A stretch of 20,000 bases of DNA from Nitrospirae bacterium MYbin3 (GCA_002753335.1 PEAD01000015.1:50939-70938), one strand, 5' to 3'. Shown: positions 7,796 through 16,857, numbered from the stretch's first letter. A program made the numbers and translations. The notes: generated from the sequence alone by a model not told the origin.

Positions 7796-8866
7796 CTATG
7801 GCAGCGGCTTGCCGGTTATTATCCTGAATATGTCGTTGTACATAGCAAAGGCCATCAGCATTACGAGAAGCGCAATGCCGACTTTTTGGGAAATTATGAT
7901 AATCTTCTCGCTCAAAGGTTTTTTTCTCAACGCTTCGATGCCGAGGAACACAAGATGGCCGCCGTCCAGCACAGGAATAGGCAGAAGATTCAGCACGCCC
8001 AGATTTATGCTTATGACCGCCGCAAAGGTAAAGTAACTGAGAAACCCTGCGTTCGCCTGCTTTTCTGCAAGCTGAAAAATAAGTATCGGCCCGCCTATGT
8101 TGTCAGCAGGAACAATGCGCTGGATCAGCTTAACCATTCCTACAACCGTAAGCACGCTTATTTCCCACGTCTTTAAAAAAGCCTGCTTCACAGAGCCGGC
8201 AAGGCTTTCTTTGTAAACTATCGTATCCCCTAAAGGTTTTATTCCGATAAGCCCTACTGTTTTTTCTTCACCAAAAATGTCCTTCGTCTTTTTGCTTTGG
8301 GGCGTTACTTTAAAATCTATAAGCTCTTCCGCTCTTTTAATTTTGAAGTTGAGCAGCTTGTCAGGGCTTTTATGAATCACCTCTGTCATCTCTGACCATT
8401 GGCTTATCTGCGCGTCATCTATCTGAACAATCCTGTCGCCTTTCTGAAGCCCGGCGCTTTCGGCAGGGGTATCTTTCATCACATCCCCCACAACAGGCAG
8501 TAAGGTGGGCACTCCCAAAAGAAATACGAAGAAAAATATAACAACCGCGGTGAAAATATTGAAAAGCGGGCCGAACAGAATTATCGCTGCACGTTTGTGA
8601 ATAGGCTGATTCTTAAAGGAGCGCGCCATGTCGGACTGCTCCACCTCGTCTTCAACCTCTTCACCAAGCATTTTTACATAGCCGCCAAGAGGCACAGCAG
8701 AAAGCATGTATTCGGTCTCGCCTATCTTTCTGCCCACAATCTTGGGGCCAAAGCCAAGAGAAAACTTCAGCACCTTAACATTGCTGAGTTTCGCAAAAAG
8801 AAAATGTCCGAGTTCGTGGATAAAAATCAAGAAGCCAAAAAGAAGCATCGCCGATAGAAAGCTCAA
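7796..8866 (-). CDS. rseP: RIP metalloprotease RseP
   Basis: HELGH zinc motif, 'FSLGFGP', 'PLGGYVKM', PDZ domain, 'NLLPIPVLDGGH'; follows dxr with a TTGA overlap. Confidence 0.97.
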   Translation of the reverse strand: MSFLSAMLLFGFLIFIHELGHFLFAKLSNVKVLKFSLGFGPKIVGRKIGETEYMLSAVPLGGYVKMLGEEVEDEVEQSDMARSFKNQPIHKRAAIILFGPLFNIFTAVVIFFFVFLLGVPTLLPVVGDVMKDTPAESAGLQKGDRIVQIDDAQISQWSEMTEVIHKSPDKLLNFKIKRAEELIDFKVTPQSKKTKDIFGEEKTVGLIGIKPLGDTIVYKESLAGSVKQAFLKTWEISVLTVVGMVKLIQRIVPADNIGGPILIFQLAEKQANAGFLSYFTFAAVISINLGVLNLLPIPVLDGGHLVFLGIEALRKKPLSEKIIIISQKVGIALLVMLMAFAMYNDIFRIITGKPLP

Positions 8867-10014
8867 CTTTTAATCTCCTTTGCCGCATTTTTTCTCGCCC
8901 ATGCATCCGCTTCTATTATGCCGTCCAGATCAGAGGCGGGTTTTACTGCATGAGCATCCATAACTTTTTTGATTATAACAGGTATCTCCATAAAGCCAAT
9001 GCCACGGTCCAGAAATGCCTGCACAGCAACTTCGTTTGCAGCGTTTAAAACCGCCGGCATTGTGCCTCCATCTCTCAGCGCGTCATACGCCAAACCAAGG
9101 CAGGGGAATGTCTCCATATCAGGTTTTCTGAAGGTAAGAGACTGCAGGGTTTCCCAATCCATTTTAGGAATAACGCTTTCAAGCCTATCGGGATATGAGA
9201 GCGCATAAGCGATAGGCGCCTTCATGTCCGGCCTTGAAAGCTGGGCTATAAAAGTTCCATCAACAAACTCCACCATCGAATGAATTATGCTCTGGGAGTG
9301 AATCAGGACATCAACTTTTTCTGCGGGAAAGCCGAAAAGATGGTGCGCCTCTATCACTTCAAGACCTTTATTCATAAGCGTTGCCGAGTCTATAGATATT
9401 TTTCTGCCCATGCTCCAGTTAGGATGCTTCAGCGCATCTTCGGGTGTTACTTTCTCGAGTTCGTTTTTTCCCCTTCCTGCAAAAGGGCCGCCGGATGCGG
9501 TAAGAACAAGCTTTTGCACCGACCGCTTCTCATAATTTCCGAGGCATTGAAACACCGCGCTGTGCTCGCTGTCAACAGGTATCAATACAGACCCCGAACG
9601 CTTAGCCTCTGACATAACTATATCGCCCGCCATTACAAGCGTCTCTTTATTTGCTATGCCGACGGTCTTGCCCGCCTTAATTGCCGAAAGAGTGGGCAGC
9701 AAGCCTGCGCTCCCGACTATGGCCGAAATCACAACATCAGCTTCGGACAGCGCTGCGACCGCATTTATGCCGTCAACGCCGCATAGCAGTTCGATTTTCT
9801 GGCCGGTCAGCTCTTTTTTAAGAATTTCGTACGAGCCTTGTTGAGGTACAGCAACAAATTTTGGGGAGAACTTTTTTATCTGGCTCAAGAGCAGTTCTGT
9901 ATTGCTTCCTGCTGTCAGGCCGAGCACGCTGAATTTATCAGGAAACACCGAGACAACATCGAGCGTGCTTCTGCCTATAGAGCCGGTGGAGCCTAAAATG
10001 ACAATCTGCTTCAT
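8863..10014 (-). CDS. dxr: 1-deoxy-D-xylulose-5-phosphate reductoisomerase
   Basis: 'ILGSTGSIG', 'ANKE', 'PVDSEHSA', 'LTASGGPF', 'HPNWSMGRKISIDSATLMNKGLE', 'NAANE'. Start moved to the ATG at 10014 (ATGA overlap with the cdsA stop). Confidence 0.98.
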   Translation of the reverse strand: MKQIVILGSTGSIGRSTLDVVSVFPDKFSVLGLTAGSNTELLLSQIKKFSPKFVAVPQQGSYEILKKELTGQKIELLCGVDGINAVAALSEADVVISAIVGSAGLLPTLSAIKAGKTVGIANKETLVMAGDIVMSEAKRSGSVLIPVDSEHSAVFQCLGNYEKRSVQKLVLTASGGPFAGRGKNELEKVTPEDALKHPNWSMGRKISIDSATLMNKGLEVIEAHHLFGFPAEKVDVLIHSQSIIHSMVEFVDGTFIAQLSRPDMKAPIAYALSYPDRLESVIPKMDWETLQSLTFRKPDMETFPCLGLAYDALRDGGTMPAVLNAANEVAVQAFLDRGIGFMEIPVIIKKVMDAHAVKPASDLDGIIEADAWARKNAAKEIKS

Positions 10015-10817
10015 AATACGAGCGTCATCCAATAAAGAGCAGGCCCCGCATAAAGCGAGCCATCAAGCTTGTCCAGAATGCCTCCGTGGCCCGGCACTAT
10101 AGAGCCGGAATCCTTCACGCCTGCATCCCGCTTGAACATCGATTCTACAAGATCTCCGGCAATAGTCACCAAACCTATAACAGCGCCCATAGCCGCTAAA
10201 GAGGCATCAGGGCTTTTCGTCAATAAAAGCCTGCCTAAAATAAGTGCAGCAATAATTCCACCGGCAACAGAACCTACAGCGCCTTCCACAGTTTTGTTAG
10301 GGCTTACCGACGGATAAAGCTTTCTTTTCCCAAGGTTCGTGCCGACATAAAAGGCCAAGCTGTCAGAAGCCCAGACGCAGCCGTAAAGAAATATAATCCA
10401 TTCAGCCCCCTGAAGCCTGAGATACCATTGTGCGCTCATAAGATTCGGAACATACAGGAAGCCTATTATGGCCGGCGCAAGATCAGAGAGAGAGGCTGAA
10501 GGCTCTTTTATCAAGAAAAGACGCGCCGATGCCATAAGCACAAACGAAAGCATGAAGAATATTCCGTTGATGCTGTATCCGCTCATATCTATGACCGAAT
10601 AGCGCGACAGATATAGGGATGACATCAGGAGCAGTCCGCTGACTATGCCCCATATCGCCAGCTCTTTTCTGGTTTTGTACATCGAATAAAATTCTGCCTG
10701 CCCCAGCGCAGATACCAGCGAAAGCAACAAAAGGAAATAAACGGACGAAAGTTTTGTGATATATAGGTAGAGCAGCGGCAGCGCGACAGCCGCGACCACA
10801 AGGCGCTGAAGATGCAT
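10011..10817 (-). CDS. cdsA: Phosphatidate cytidylyltransferase
   Basis: 'WASDSLAFYVG', 'VSPNKTVEG', 'GDLVESMFKRDAGVKDSG..PGHGGILDKLD'. Start moved to the ATG at 10817 (TGATG overlap with uppS). Confidence 0.97.
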   Translation of the reverse strand: MHLQRLVVAAVALPLLYLYITKLSSVYFLLLLSLVSALGQAEFYSMYKTRKELAIWGIVSGLLLMSSLYLSRYSVIDMSGYSINGIFFMLSFVLMASARLFLIKEPSASLSDLAPAIIGFLYVPNLMSAQWYLRLQGAEWIIFLYGCVWASDSLAFYVGTNLGKRKLYPSVSPNKTVEGAVGSVAGGIIAALILGRLLLTKSPDASLAAMGAVIGLVTIAGDLVESMFKRDAGVKDSGSIVPGHGGILDKLDGSLYAGPALYWMTLVL

Positions 10818-11551
10818 CAACCGCCCCACGAATTAAAGGCTTTGGGTTGTGATAGATTTACGGCTCCGAAACGCCTGCTGCGCTTCTGGTATTCTCTGAC
10901 AGCCTCAAGAAGTTCGTCTTTGGTAAAATCGGGCCAGAGCGTGTCGGTGAAATAAAACTCAGAATAGGCCGACTGCCATAGCAGAAAATTACTGATGCGC
11001 TGCTCACCGCTCGTCCTGATTATGAGGTCCGGGTCCGGCACTCCGGCTGTGTCCATCAGGCTACTGAAAAGCTCCTCATTAACAGTATCGGCTGAAGCTC
11101 CTGATTGAACTATTTTTTTTGCGGCCCTTATTATCTCGTCGCGGCCGCCATAGCTTAGAGCACACTGCAGCGTCAGCCTTTTATTTTCTGCGGTGCCCTT
11201 CTCGACCTGCTCAATCACTGCACCTACGGTGCGCGGCAGCCTGTCGCGGTTTCCGATTATCCTGAACCTTATGCCTTCCCTCATAAAATTTAGAAACTCC
11301 CTCGACAGGGTAGTTTCCAGAAGCCCCATAATTACGGATATCTCATCCTCCGGCCTTTTCCAGTTCTCGATAGAAAAAGCATACAGAGACAATGCCTCTA
11401 TGCCTATACCGGTTGCGGCCTCGACCATCTCCGAAACCCTCTCAACTCCCCTTTTATGCCCTTCAACGCGCGGCAATCCCCGCATCTCGGCCCACCGTCC
11501 ATTGCCGTCCATTATAATGCCTATATGCTTTGGTATTGACGATTTTTCCAA
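10817..11551 (-). CDS. uppS: Undecaprenyl/polyprenyl diphosphate synthase
   Basis: 'HIGIIMDGNGRWA', 'YAFSIENWKRP', 'YGGRDEI', 'DPDLIIRTSGEQRISNFLLWQ', 'RRFG'; TTG start with GGAGG RBS. Confidence 0.98.
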   Translation of the reverse strand: MEKSSIPKHIGIIMDGNGRWAEMRGLPRVEGHKRGVERVSEMVEAATGIGIEALSLYAFSIENWKRPEDEISVIMGLLETTLSREFLNFMREGIRFRIIGNRDRLPRTVGAVIEQVEKGTAENKRLTLQCALSYGGRDEIIRAAKKIVQSGASADTVNEELFSSLMDTAGVPDPDLIIRTSGEQRISNFLLWQSAYSEFYFTDTLWPDFTKDELLEAVREYQKRSRRFGAVNLSQPKAFNSWGG

Positions 11552-11570
11552 AAAAAACCTCCAGAAAAAA

Positions 11571-13307
11571 CTACATGCCCTTCATAGGATAAATATTGAG
11601 CGTTACACCCAGTGGGCTTCTGCCTTTTAGCACGTTGGTCATATTCACACCAAAAAGAGATTTCGAAAGCACCACAAGTTTGTTGTCGATGAAAACATAA
11701 TCGTAAAGCTCTCCGCTTATCTTATCAACAAGAGTCCTCTCTTCTACGGTCAGCCCGTTCCAAAGAAGGCTTTTTATGGCCGACTTCCTGTAGCCAAGCC
11801 CCCGTGACATCCCGACAAGCGGTGTGCGGAATGGGGCAAGAATCTCTCCGTAGTTGTTCAGCATCCTGTCTTTGATGGCCCATTCGCCCCTGTCAACCAT
11901 GACTGTAGGAGCTTCTTTTTTATAGCTTATAGAAAACCCTCCGTAGTCCTGTCTGCTCCGCCAAACATTCACTCCGCTCTCGTTGTAAAGGGTCAGATAT
12001 CCTTCGTGGTCCCATGCAAGAACCCCTTTTTCTCCGCCGATCGCCCTGATAAACTGAAAGTCGTATATATTCACTCCGGAAGGAATCTTGAACCTTTCGG
12101 CCTTCTTGTATGCGCCGTCTTTAAATACTATAGTGAAAACATCGCCGTCATAACCTGAACTCTTGTCAAACTCCTGCCCCAAGATGCTTCCTTCAAAAGC
12201 GCGAACAAACATCCCATTAATCTTGGCAAGCAAAACCAACCCCCCCGGAACGCCGCCTTTCACCTGAGTCGGCTTAGCTGGATCGAATTCGTATATGTAG
12301 GAATTGACCACACCTTCGGACATCGCGGTTACAAGGATTTTGGACCGTCCGCCTTTGCCAGACTCTATTGTGTCCATCCACAATATCTCGCCCTTGGGCG
12401 CAGCCTTTAATGTCCAGAGCAGCTTCAGGTCAAGTCCGTAGCGGTACACCTCAATTTCATCACCTGCAGATAGAAGCAGATCCTGAATGCCGTCGCCGTC
12501 AACATCTCCGAGCGCCATATGTCTAGACCGTGAAGGCAGATCTATCGATAGCAGCACAGCGCCTTCCTGTTCGGCGTACAAACCTGATTTGAAGCGCAGC
12601 TCCTTTACATGGCCGCTGTTTATTGATGCAGCGCTTCCGCCGAACTGCTTTGCATCATTTGCCCAGAAAAATTTTTGTGTCAGGTTTATCAGGCCTGCCG
12701 ACTCTGTCGAATCAAGGGCCAGCAGAATTTCTGCACCTTTTTCTCTGGCTTCGGCCGTAAGCTTAGCGATGTCTTCGGTCTCGATGCCGGTGTCAATAAG
12801 CTCAAACCTGCCGCTGTCCTTGAGAAGCTGGTAATAGGCGTCTCCCAAATACCAGTCAACCTTGCCCTGATAAAAGAGCAGTTTGACCTTCTTTGCCGGA
12901 ATCTTTATTTTGGCCTTCTCGAAATCTTCGGGCTTGCCCTGAACTATCGCACCTTCTGAAGTATCATCACTTGCTGATACTATCTCGATATTCCCTACCG
13001 GCATCTCCATGCGACCCAATGCCTCTTTTGTTACAGGATGGACAAACTTTACTCCTTCTGTATAAGCAAAAAACCTCATCCCCCGCTTGACGCGGTTCTT
13101 GCTGCCTTTATCCAATTTCAGGGAGTTGCCGGTTATCGAGGTTACGCTGCCGCTTACAGGTTCAAAGTACGAAATAAGCTCATCCCTAAGCACCGACAAT
13201 GAAAGCTCTGCCGCAAGAGGAGCCTCTTTTTCGGCTGCTGCTACCGGTGATATAAAAAGAACTGTGCACAGGGCATAAAACAACAATCCTGCAATAATCC
13301 TCACCAT
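11571..13307 (-). CDS. Secreted FG-GAP/VCBS-repeat protein (probable beta-propeller with an N-terminal FlgT-C-like domain)
   Basis: Signal peptide (..SPVAAA), 'LDKGSKNRVKRGMRF...HPVTKEALG' segment resembling the FlgT C-terminal domain, FG-GAP-type motif 'ALGDVDGDGIQDLLL', beta-rich C-terminal half. Function is not assignable. Confidence 0.7.
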   Translation of the reverse strand: MVRIIAGLLFYALCTVLFISPVAAAEKEAPLAAELSLSVLRDELISYFEPVSGSVTSITGNSLKLDKGSKNRVKRGMRFFAYTEGVKFVHPVTKEALGRMEMPVGNIEIVSASDDTSEGAIVQGKPEDFEKAKIKIPAKKVKLLFYQGKVDWYLGDAYYQLLKDSGRFELIDTGIETEDIAKLTAEAREKGAEILLALDSTESAGLINLTQKFFWANDAKQFGGSAASINSGHVKELRFKSGLYAEQEGAVLLSIDLPSRSRHMALGDVDGDGIQDLLLSAGDEIEVYRYGLDLKLLWTLKAAPKGEILWMDTIESGKGGRSKILVTAMSEGVVNSYIYEFDPAKPTQVKGGVPGGLVLLAKINGMFVRAFEGSILGQEFDKSSGYDGDVFTIVFKDGAYKKAERFKIPSGVNIYDFQFIRAIGGEKGVLAWDHEGYLTLYNESGVNVWRSRQDYGGFSISYKKEAPTVMVDRGEWAIKDRMLNNYGEILAPFRTPLVGMSRGLGYRKSAIKSLLWNGLTVEERTLVDKISGELYDYVFIDNKLVVLSKSLFGVNMTNVLKGRSPLGVTLNIYPMKGM

Positions 13308-13358
13308 AAATTAGCTACCCCCATGCTGTTAGAAGTTGGTCAACGCACTGAATTTGAA

Positions 13359-13388
13359 AGTTTAAATGATACAACCAGCTTTAGTCAA
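13359..13388 (-). promoter_or_regulatory. Candidate sigma70 promoter upstream of the FG-GAP gene and uppS-cdsA-dxr-rseP operon
   Basis: TTGACT-N18-TAAACT in the uvrA/FG-GAP intergenic region. Confidence 0.5.
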
Positions 13389-13405
13389 AGCGAATAAGCG
13401 TATTA

Positions 13406-16174
13406 TTATCGTTGCAGAGACATCCTGAGATGCTCGGCGGTATATGAAACCTCATCATCATATAGCGCGTCTGGAGTACCCTGAAAAAGTATAGTGCCGC
13501 CCTTTTCGCCACCTTCGGGGCCCAGGTCAATTACCCAATCAGCCTGTGCAACAACATCGAGGTTGTGCTCGATTATCAGGACCGCATTCCCGGAGCTAAC
13601 AAGCTTACGCAAAATAGTTACGAGAAGCGCAACATCCCTTCCATGCAGGCCAATAGTCGGCTCATCAAGTATGTACAGCAAACTTTTGCCGCTACCTGAT
13701 TTGCGGGCTTTTGAAGCGCCGCTGCCGGATAATTCTGCGCAGATCTTAAGTCTCTGTGCCTCTCCACCCGAAAGCGTAGGCGCAGGCTGGCCCAGCCTGA
13801 GATAGCCAAGACCGATATCTCTCATAAGTCTGAACTTTAAAGATATGTCGTCATGGGCTGCAAAAAATTCATACGCCTCGTCAACAGTCAGGTCAAAGAT
13901 ATCACTAATATTTTTCCCATTATACGTAACCCTCAGCGCATCATCGATATAACGCCTGCCCTTGCAGTCTTCGCATCTGACAAAAATATCCTCGAAAAAG
14001 TACATCTCCATCCTCTGCCAGCCCTCTCCCTTGCAACTCTCGCACCTACCTCCCGGAACATTGAAAGAAAAAAAGCCGGGCGTGTAGCCATGGGCCTTGG
14101 CTTCGGGCTGCGAGGCAAGGAGCTTCCTTATCGGCTCGAACATCTTTAAATAGGTTAGAGGGTTAGACCTCGGTGTCTTTCCAATAGGCCCCTGATCTAT
14201 TAGCCTTACACCGCTTATCTTTCTTATGCCGTCAATACGGCTATGTTCGAGCGGATGTCCGGAGTCGGTTTTGAAATGTCTTGCCAGAGCCCTGTAAAGG
14301 GTTTCTACCACAAGGCTGCTCTTGCCCGAACCAGAAACCCCGGTGACAACTGTCAGCGCTTTTAGCGGAATCCTGAAATTAAGCTTCTTGAGATTGTGGC
14401 CCGAAGCTCCAGAAAGCTCGATATAATCCGAAAACTGCGCTGCGCCGAAAACCTTGGCAGAAGACATTGCTGCGCCACAGTCATTGTGATAAACATAATT
14501 CGAAGTCAAGGTTTCTGCTTCTTTGAACTCTTCAACAGCCCCGGCAAAAACAATGTCCCCGCCTAAATGTCCCCCTCCCGGCCCCATCTCGACAACCCAG
14601 TCACTCGAAGCGATTATGTCTTTGTCATGCTCAACCACTATAAGCGTGTTGCCCGGAGAAGCAAGTTCACGCATAATCTCGGCAATCCTTCTCGTATCCC
14701 GCGGATGGAGCCCTATTGTCGGCTCATCCAGAACATATATAGTGCCTGTAAGCGCTGAAGCCAGTTGATTCGAAAGATTCACGCGCTGGTATTCTCCACC
14801 CGAAAGCGTCTTTGACTGCCTGCTCAAAGTGAGGTAATCGAGGCCCACGCGCTTAAGAAATTTCAGCTTGCCTTTGACCTGATTCAAAGCGTCTTTAGCG
14901 ATTTCGCGCTGCATAGGCGAAAGCTGAAGATTGTCAAGCCAGTCCAAAAGCCGAGACAAGGGCATAGTAGAAACATCGTAAATATTAAAGCCCTCAAGCC
15001 TGTACGATAGCGCATCTTCACAAAGCCTTGCGCCTTTGCATTTTGGACAGGTTTCTGGACTTCTGTACCTGCTGAGCAAAACCCTTACATGCAGCTTGTA
15101 CCGCTTTGCCTCCATATCCTCAAAAAAATCGTTTATGCCGTAAAAACCTTCTCCCCCTTCATAGAGTAGGGTCTTCTCTTCTTTAGAAAGTTCGCCAAAA
15201 GGCTTGCTCATGTCGAGGGCCGACTTTTTTGCGCCCTTTAGCATCTGTTCTTTCCACCATATATAGCCGGGCTTTTCCCAAATATTTATCGCACCCTCAG
15301 AAAGAGAGAGAGCCTTGTCCGGAACAAGCAGGTCTTCATCATACACAAGCACATTGCCAAACCCTTTGCACTCGCTGCAGGCGCACACTGGGTGGTTGAA
15401 AGAAAACATAATCGGGGAAGGCTCCGGAAGCGTTATGCCGCATTCATCGCATCTGTTTTGGCCAGAAAAACTCAAGACTTTAGGAAAACCTTCTTCTCCG
15501 AACACCAGTATCTTAAGCTGGGCCTTGCCCTCTTTCCATGCTGTTTCGATAGAGTCAGCAAACCTCGGCTCATCAAGGACCACAAGCCTGTCAACCACAA
15601 CCGTCAGCGGCATCGATATTGCGACCGGCTCAGAGATATCCAAAAAGAGTCCATCGAGCCAGAGTCTGTGAAACCCTCTCTGCATGAGGCTTTCACGGCC
15701 TTCTGCCGTCTCGAACGCTATAGCGATCCGCTTTGATTGATGCTGCTCCAATAGTTCGGCCACGACAGAGGACGGGTCCCATTTTCGTATCTCCCTGCCG
15801 CATTTAGGGCAGCAAGGTGTCGAGACCTTAGAATATACAATCCTCAGCAGGTCGTAAATCTCGGTCATTGTACCGACAGTCGAACGGGAGCCTTTCACCG
15901 GATTCTTTTGTTCGAGCGCAATCGCCGGCCTTATATTGCGTATTGCATCAACGTCAGGTCTGTCGAGTTTTTCTATAAACAGCCGGGCATATGTTGAAAG
16001 AGATTCGATAAAACGCCACTGACCTTCGGCAAAGATTGTGTCAAAAGCGAGTGATGATTTGCCGGAGCCCGAAACGCCGGTAATGGCAATAACCTTGTTA
16101 TGCGGAAGCCTCAAAAAGAGATTTTTGAGATTGTTCTGTCTGGCGCCCTCTATAATCAGTTCATGCTGAGACAT
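13406..16174 (-). CDS. uvrA: Excinuclease ABC subunit A (UvrA family, divergent type)
   Basis: Two Walker A motifs (GVSGSGKSS), two LSGGE signatures, two LDEPT Walker B motifs, CxxC zinc fingers and 'DLGPEGGEKGG'. Confidence 0.93.
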   Translation of the reverse strand: MSQHELIIEGARQNNLKNLFLRLPHNKVIAITGVSGSGKSSLAFDTIFAEGQWRFIESLSTYARLFIEKLDRPDVDAIRNIRPAIALEQKNPVKGSRSTVGTMTEIYDLLRIVYSKVSTPCCPKCGREIRKWDPSSVVAELLEQHQSKRIAIAFETAEGRESLMQRGFHRLWLDGLFLDISEPVAISMPLTVVVDRLVVLDEPRFADSIETAWKEGKAQLKILVFGEEGFPKVLSFSGQNRCDECGITLPEPSPIMFSFNHPVCACSECKGFGNVLVYDEDLLVPDKALSLSEGAINIWEKPGYIWWKEQMLKGAKKSALDMSKPFGELSKEEKTLLYEGGEGFYGINDFFEDMEAKRYKLHVRVLLSRYRSPETCPKCKGARLCEDALSYRLEGFNIYDVSTMPLSRLLDWLDNLQLSPMQREIAKDALNQVKGKLKFLKRVGLDYLTLSRQSKTLSGGEYQRVNLSNQLASALTGTIYVLDEPTIGLHPRDTRRIAEIMRELASPGNTLIVVEHDKDIIASSDWVVEMGPGGGHLGGDIVFAGAVEEFKEAETLTSNYVYHNDCGAAMSSAKVFGAAQFSDYIELSGASGHNLKKLNFRIPLKALTVVTGVSGSGKSSLVVETLYRALARHFKTDSGHPLEHSRIDGIRKISGVRLIDQGPIGKTPRSNPLTYLKMFEPIRKLLASQPEAKAHGYTPGFFSFNVPGGRCESCKGEGWQRMEMYFFEDIFVRCEDCKGRRYIDDALRVTYNGKNISDIFDLTVDEAYEFFAAHDDISLKFRLMRDIGLGYLRLGQPAPTLSGGEAQRLKICAELSGSGASKARKSGSGKSLLYILDEPTIGLHGRDVALLVTILRKLVSSGNAVLIIEHNLDVVAQADWVIDLGPEGGEKGGTILFQGTPDALYDDEVSYTAEHLRMSLQR

Positions 16175-16180
16175 CCTGAT

Positions 16181-16189
16181 ATTTTAGCA
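16181..16189 (-). promoter_or_regulatory. Extended -10 promoter (TGnTAAAAT) for uvrA, probably leaderless
   Basis: TGCTAAAAT lies exactly 6 nt (ATCAGG) before the uvrA ATG; no Shine-Dalgarno is visible. Confidence 0.55.
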
Positions 16190-16192
16190 TTT

Positions 16193-16453
16193 TCATTTGG
16201 CATCTACAGCGCTTTTCTTCTTGCCTCCGGCCTTAATAGCCTTGCCGTCCTTCACTTCGACCATGTCACCGATTTTTATTTCCTTAAGATCCACAATTGC
16301 TGTAGTTTCTCTGCCTTTATGGTCCCTTACCGTAATTGCATTCCCGTCAATGGCAATCACCGTGCCCCTGCAGTCTTCAGCAAAGGCAAAAGACGAAGAC
16401 AGGCAAACGATTAACCCAGTACAAACAGTCCAAAATCCAAGCTTTTTTTTCAT
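16193..16453 (-). CDS. Small secreted beta-rich (OB-fold-like) protein, 86 aa
   Basis: Start moved to MKKKLG (GGGAGG just upstream). Signal peptide ends AFA; mature 'GTVIAIDGNAITVRD..G......IKIGDMVEV' pattern is typical of small periplasmic OB-fold proteins. Confidence 0.75.
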   Translation of the reverse strand: MKKKLGFWTVCTGLIVCLSSSFAFAEDCRGTVIAIDGNAITVRDHKGRETTAIVDLKEIKIGDMVEVKDGKAIKAGGKKKSAVDAK

Positions 16454-16473
16454 ACGCCTCCCTTTTTCACAAT

Positions 16474-16511
16474 AAAAAATCGGGTGAATGCGCATAGCGC
16501 TCTCACCCGAT
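16474..16511 (-). terminator. Intrinsic terminator after the KD-repeat protein gene
   Basis: Minus strand ATCGGGTGA-GA-GCGC-TAT-GCGC-AT-TCACCCGAT followed by TTTTT. Confidence 0.85.
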
Positions 16512-16528
16512 AAAATTCATAGAAAAAA

Positions 16529-16804
16529 TTAGCAGCCTTCGATAGCCTTCTTTTTCTTCTTGTCGTCCTTCTTAGGCTCAGCCTTCTTATCGTCAGCTTT
16601 TTTGTCGTCTTTCTTGTCAGCCTTCTTGTCGTCCTTCTTGTCAGCCTTTTTATCAGCTTTCTTGTCGTCCTTCTTGTCAGCCTTCTTGTCGTCAGCCTTA
16701 GCTTCAGCCTTCTTATCAGCCTTCGGAGCGTCTGCTGCGAAAGAGATAGAGGTCATAGCAAATGCAAACAGAATTGCAACTACAAGTGCGAGTACCTTCT
16801 TCAT
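16529..16804 (-). CDS. Secreted low-complexity Lys/Asp-repeat protein with C-terminal Gly-Cys, 91 aa
   Basis: Start moved to the ATG at 16804 (RBS AAGGAGGTGA, 8-nt spacing). Signal peptide MKKVLALVVAILFAFAMTSISFA, then (A/D)DKK repeats and KKKKKAIEGC-TAA. Confidence 0.88.
   Translation of the reverse strand: MKKVLALVVAILFAFAMTSISFAADAPKADKKAEAKADDKKADKKDDKKADKKADKKDDKKADKKDDKKADDKKAEPKKDDKKKKKAIEGC
16556..16720 (-). repeat. Tandem 12-nt repeats encoding (A/D)DKK
   Basis: About 11 units of GCTGACAAGAAG / GACGACAAGAAG type with synonymous variation. Confidence 0.9.
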
Positions 16805-16841
16805 CTTTTGATTCACCTCCTTCCAATTTTTTTTATTAAGA

Positions 16842-16857
16842 AGCAACTTATGTGCCA
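16842..16857 (-). promoter_or_regulatory. Sigma54 (-24/-12) promoter for the KD-repeat protein gene
   Basis: TGGCAC-ATAAG-TTGCT matches the TGGCAC-N5-TTGCW consensus, 37 nt upstream of the ATG. Confidence 0.88.

Noticed and set aside
10817..10825. uppS ending GG-TGA as a possible Sec codon
   Set aside because: The UppS domain is already complete and the TGA is part of a TGATG stop/start overlap with cdsA.
16556..16720. Tandem repeats as a CRISPR array or non-coding repeat
   Set aside because: 12-nt in-frame units with synonymous variation and no unique spacers; they are coding repeats.
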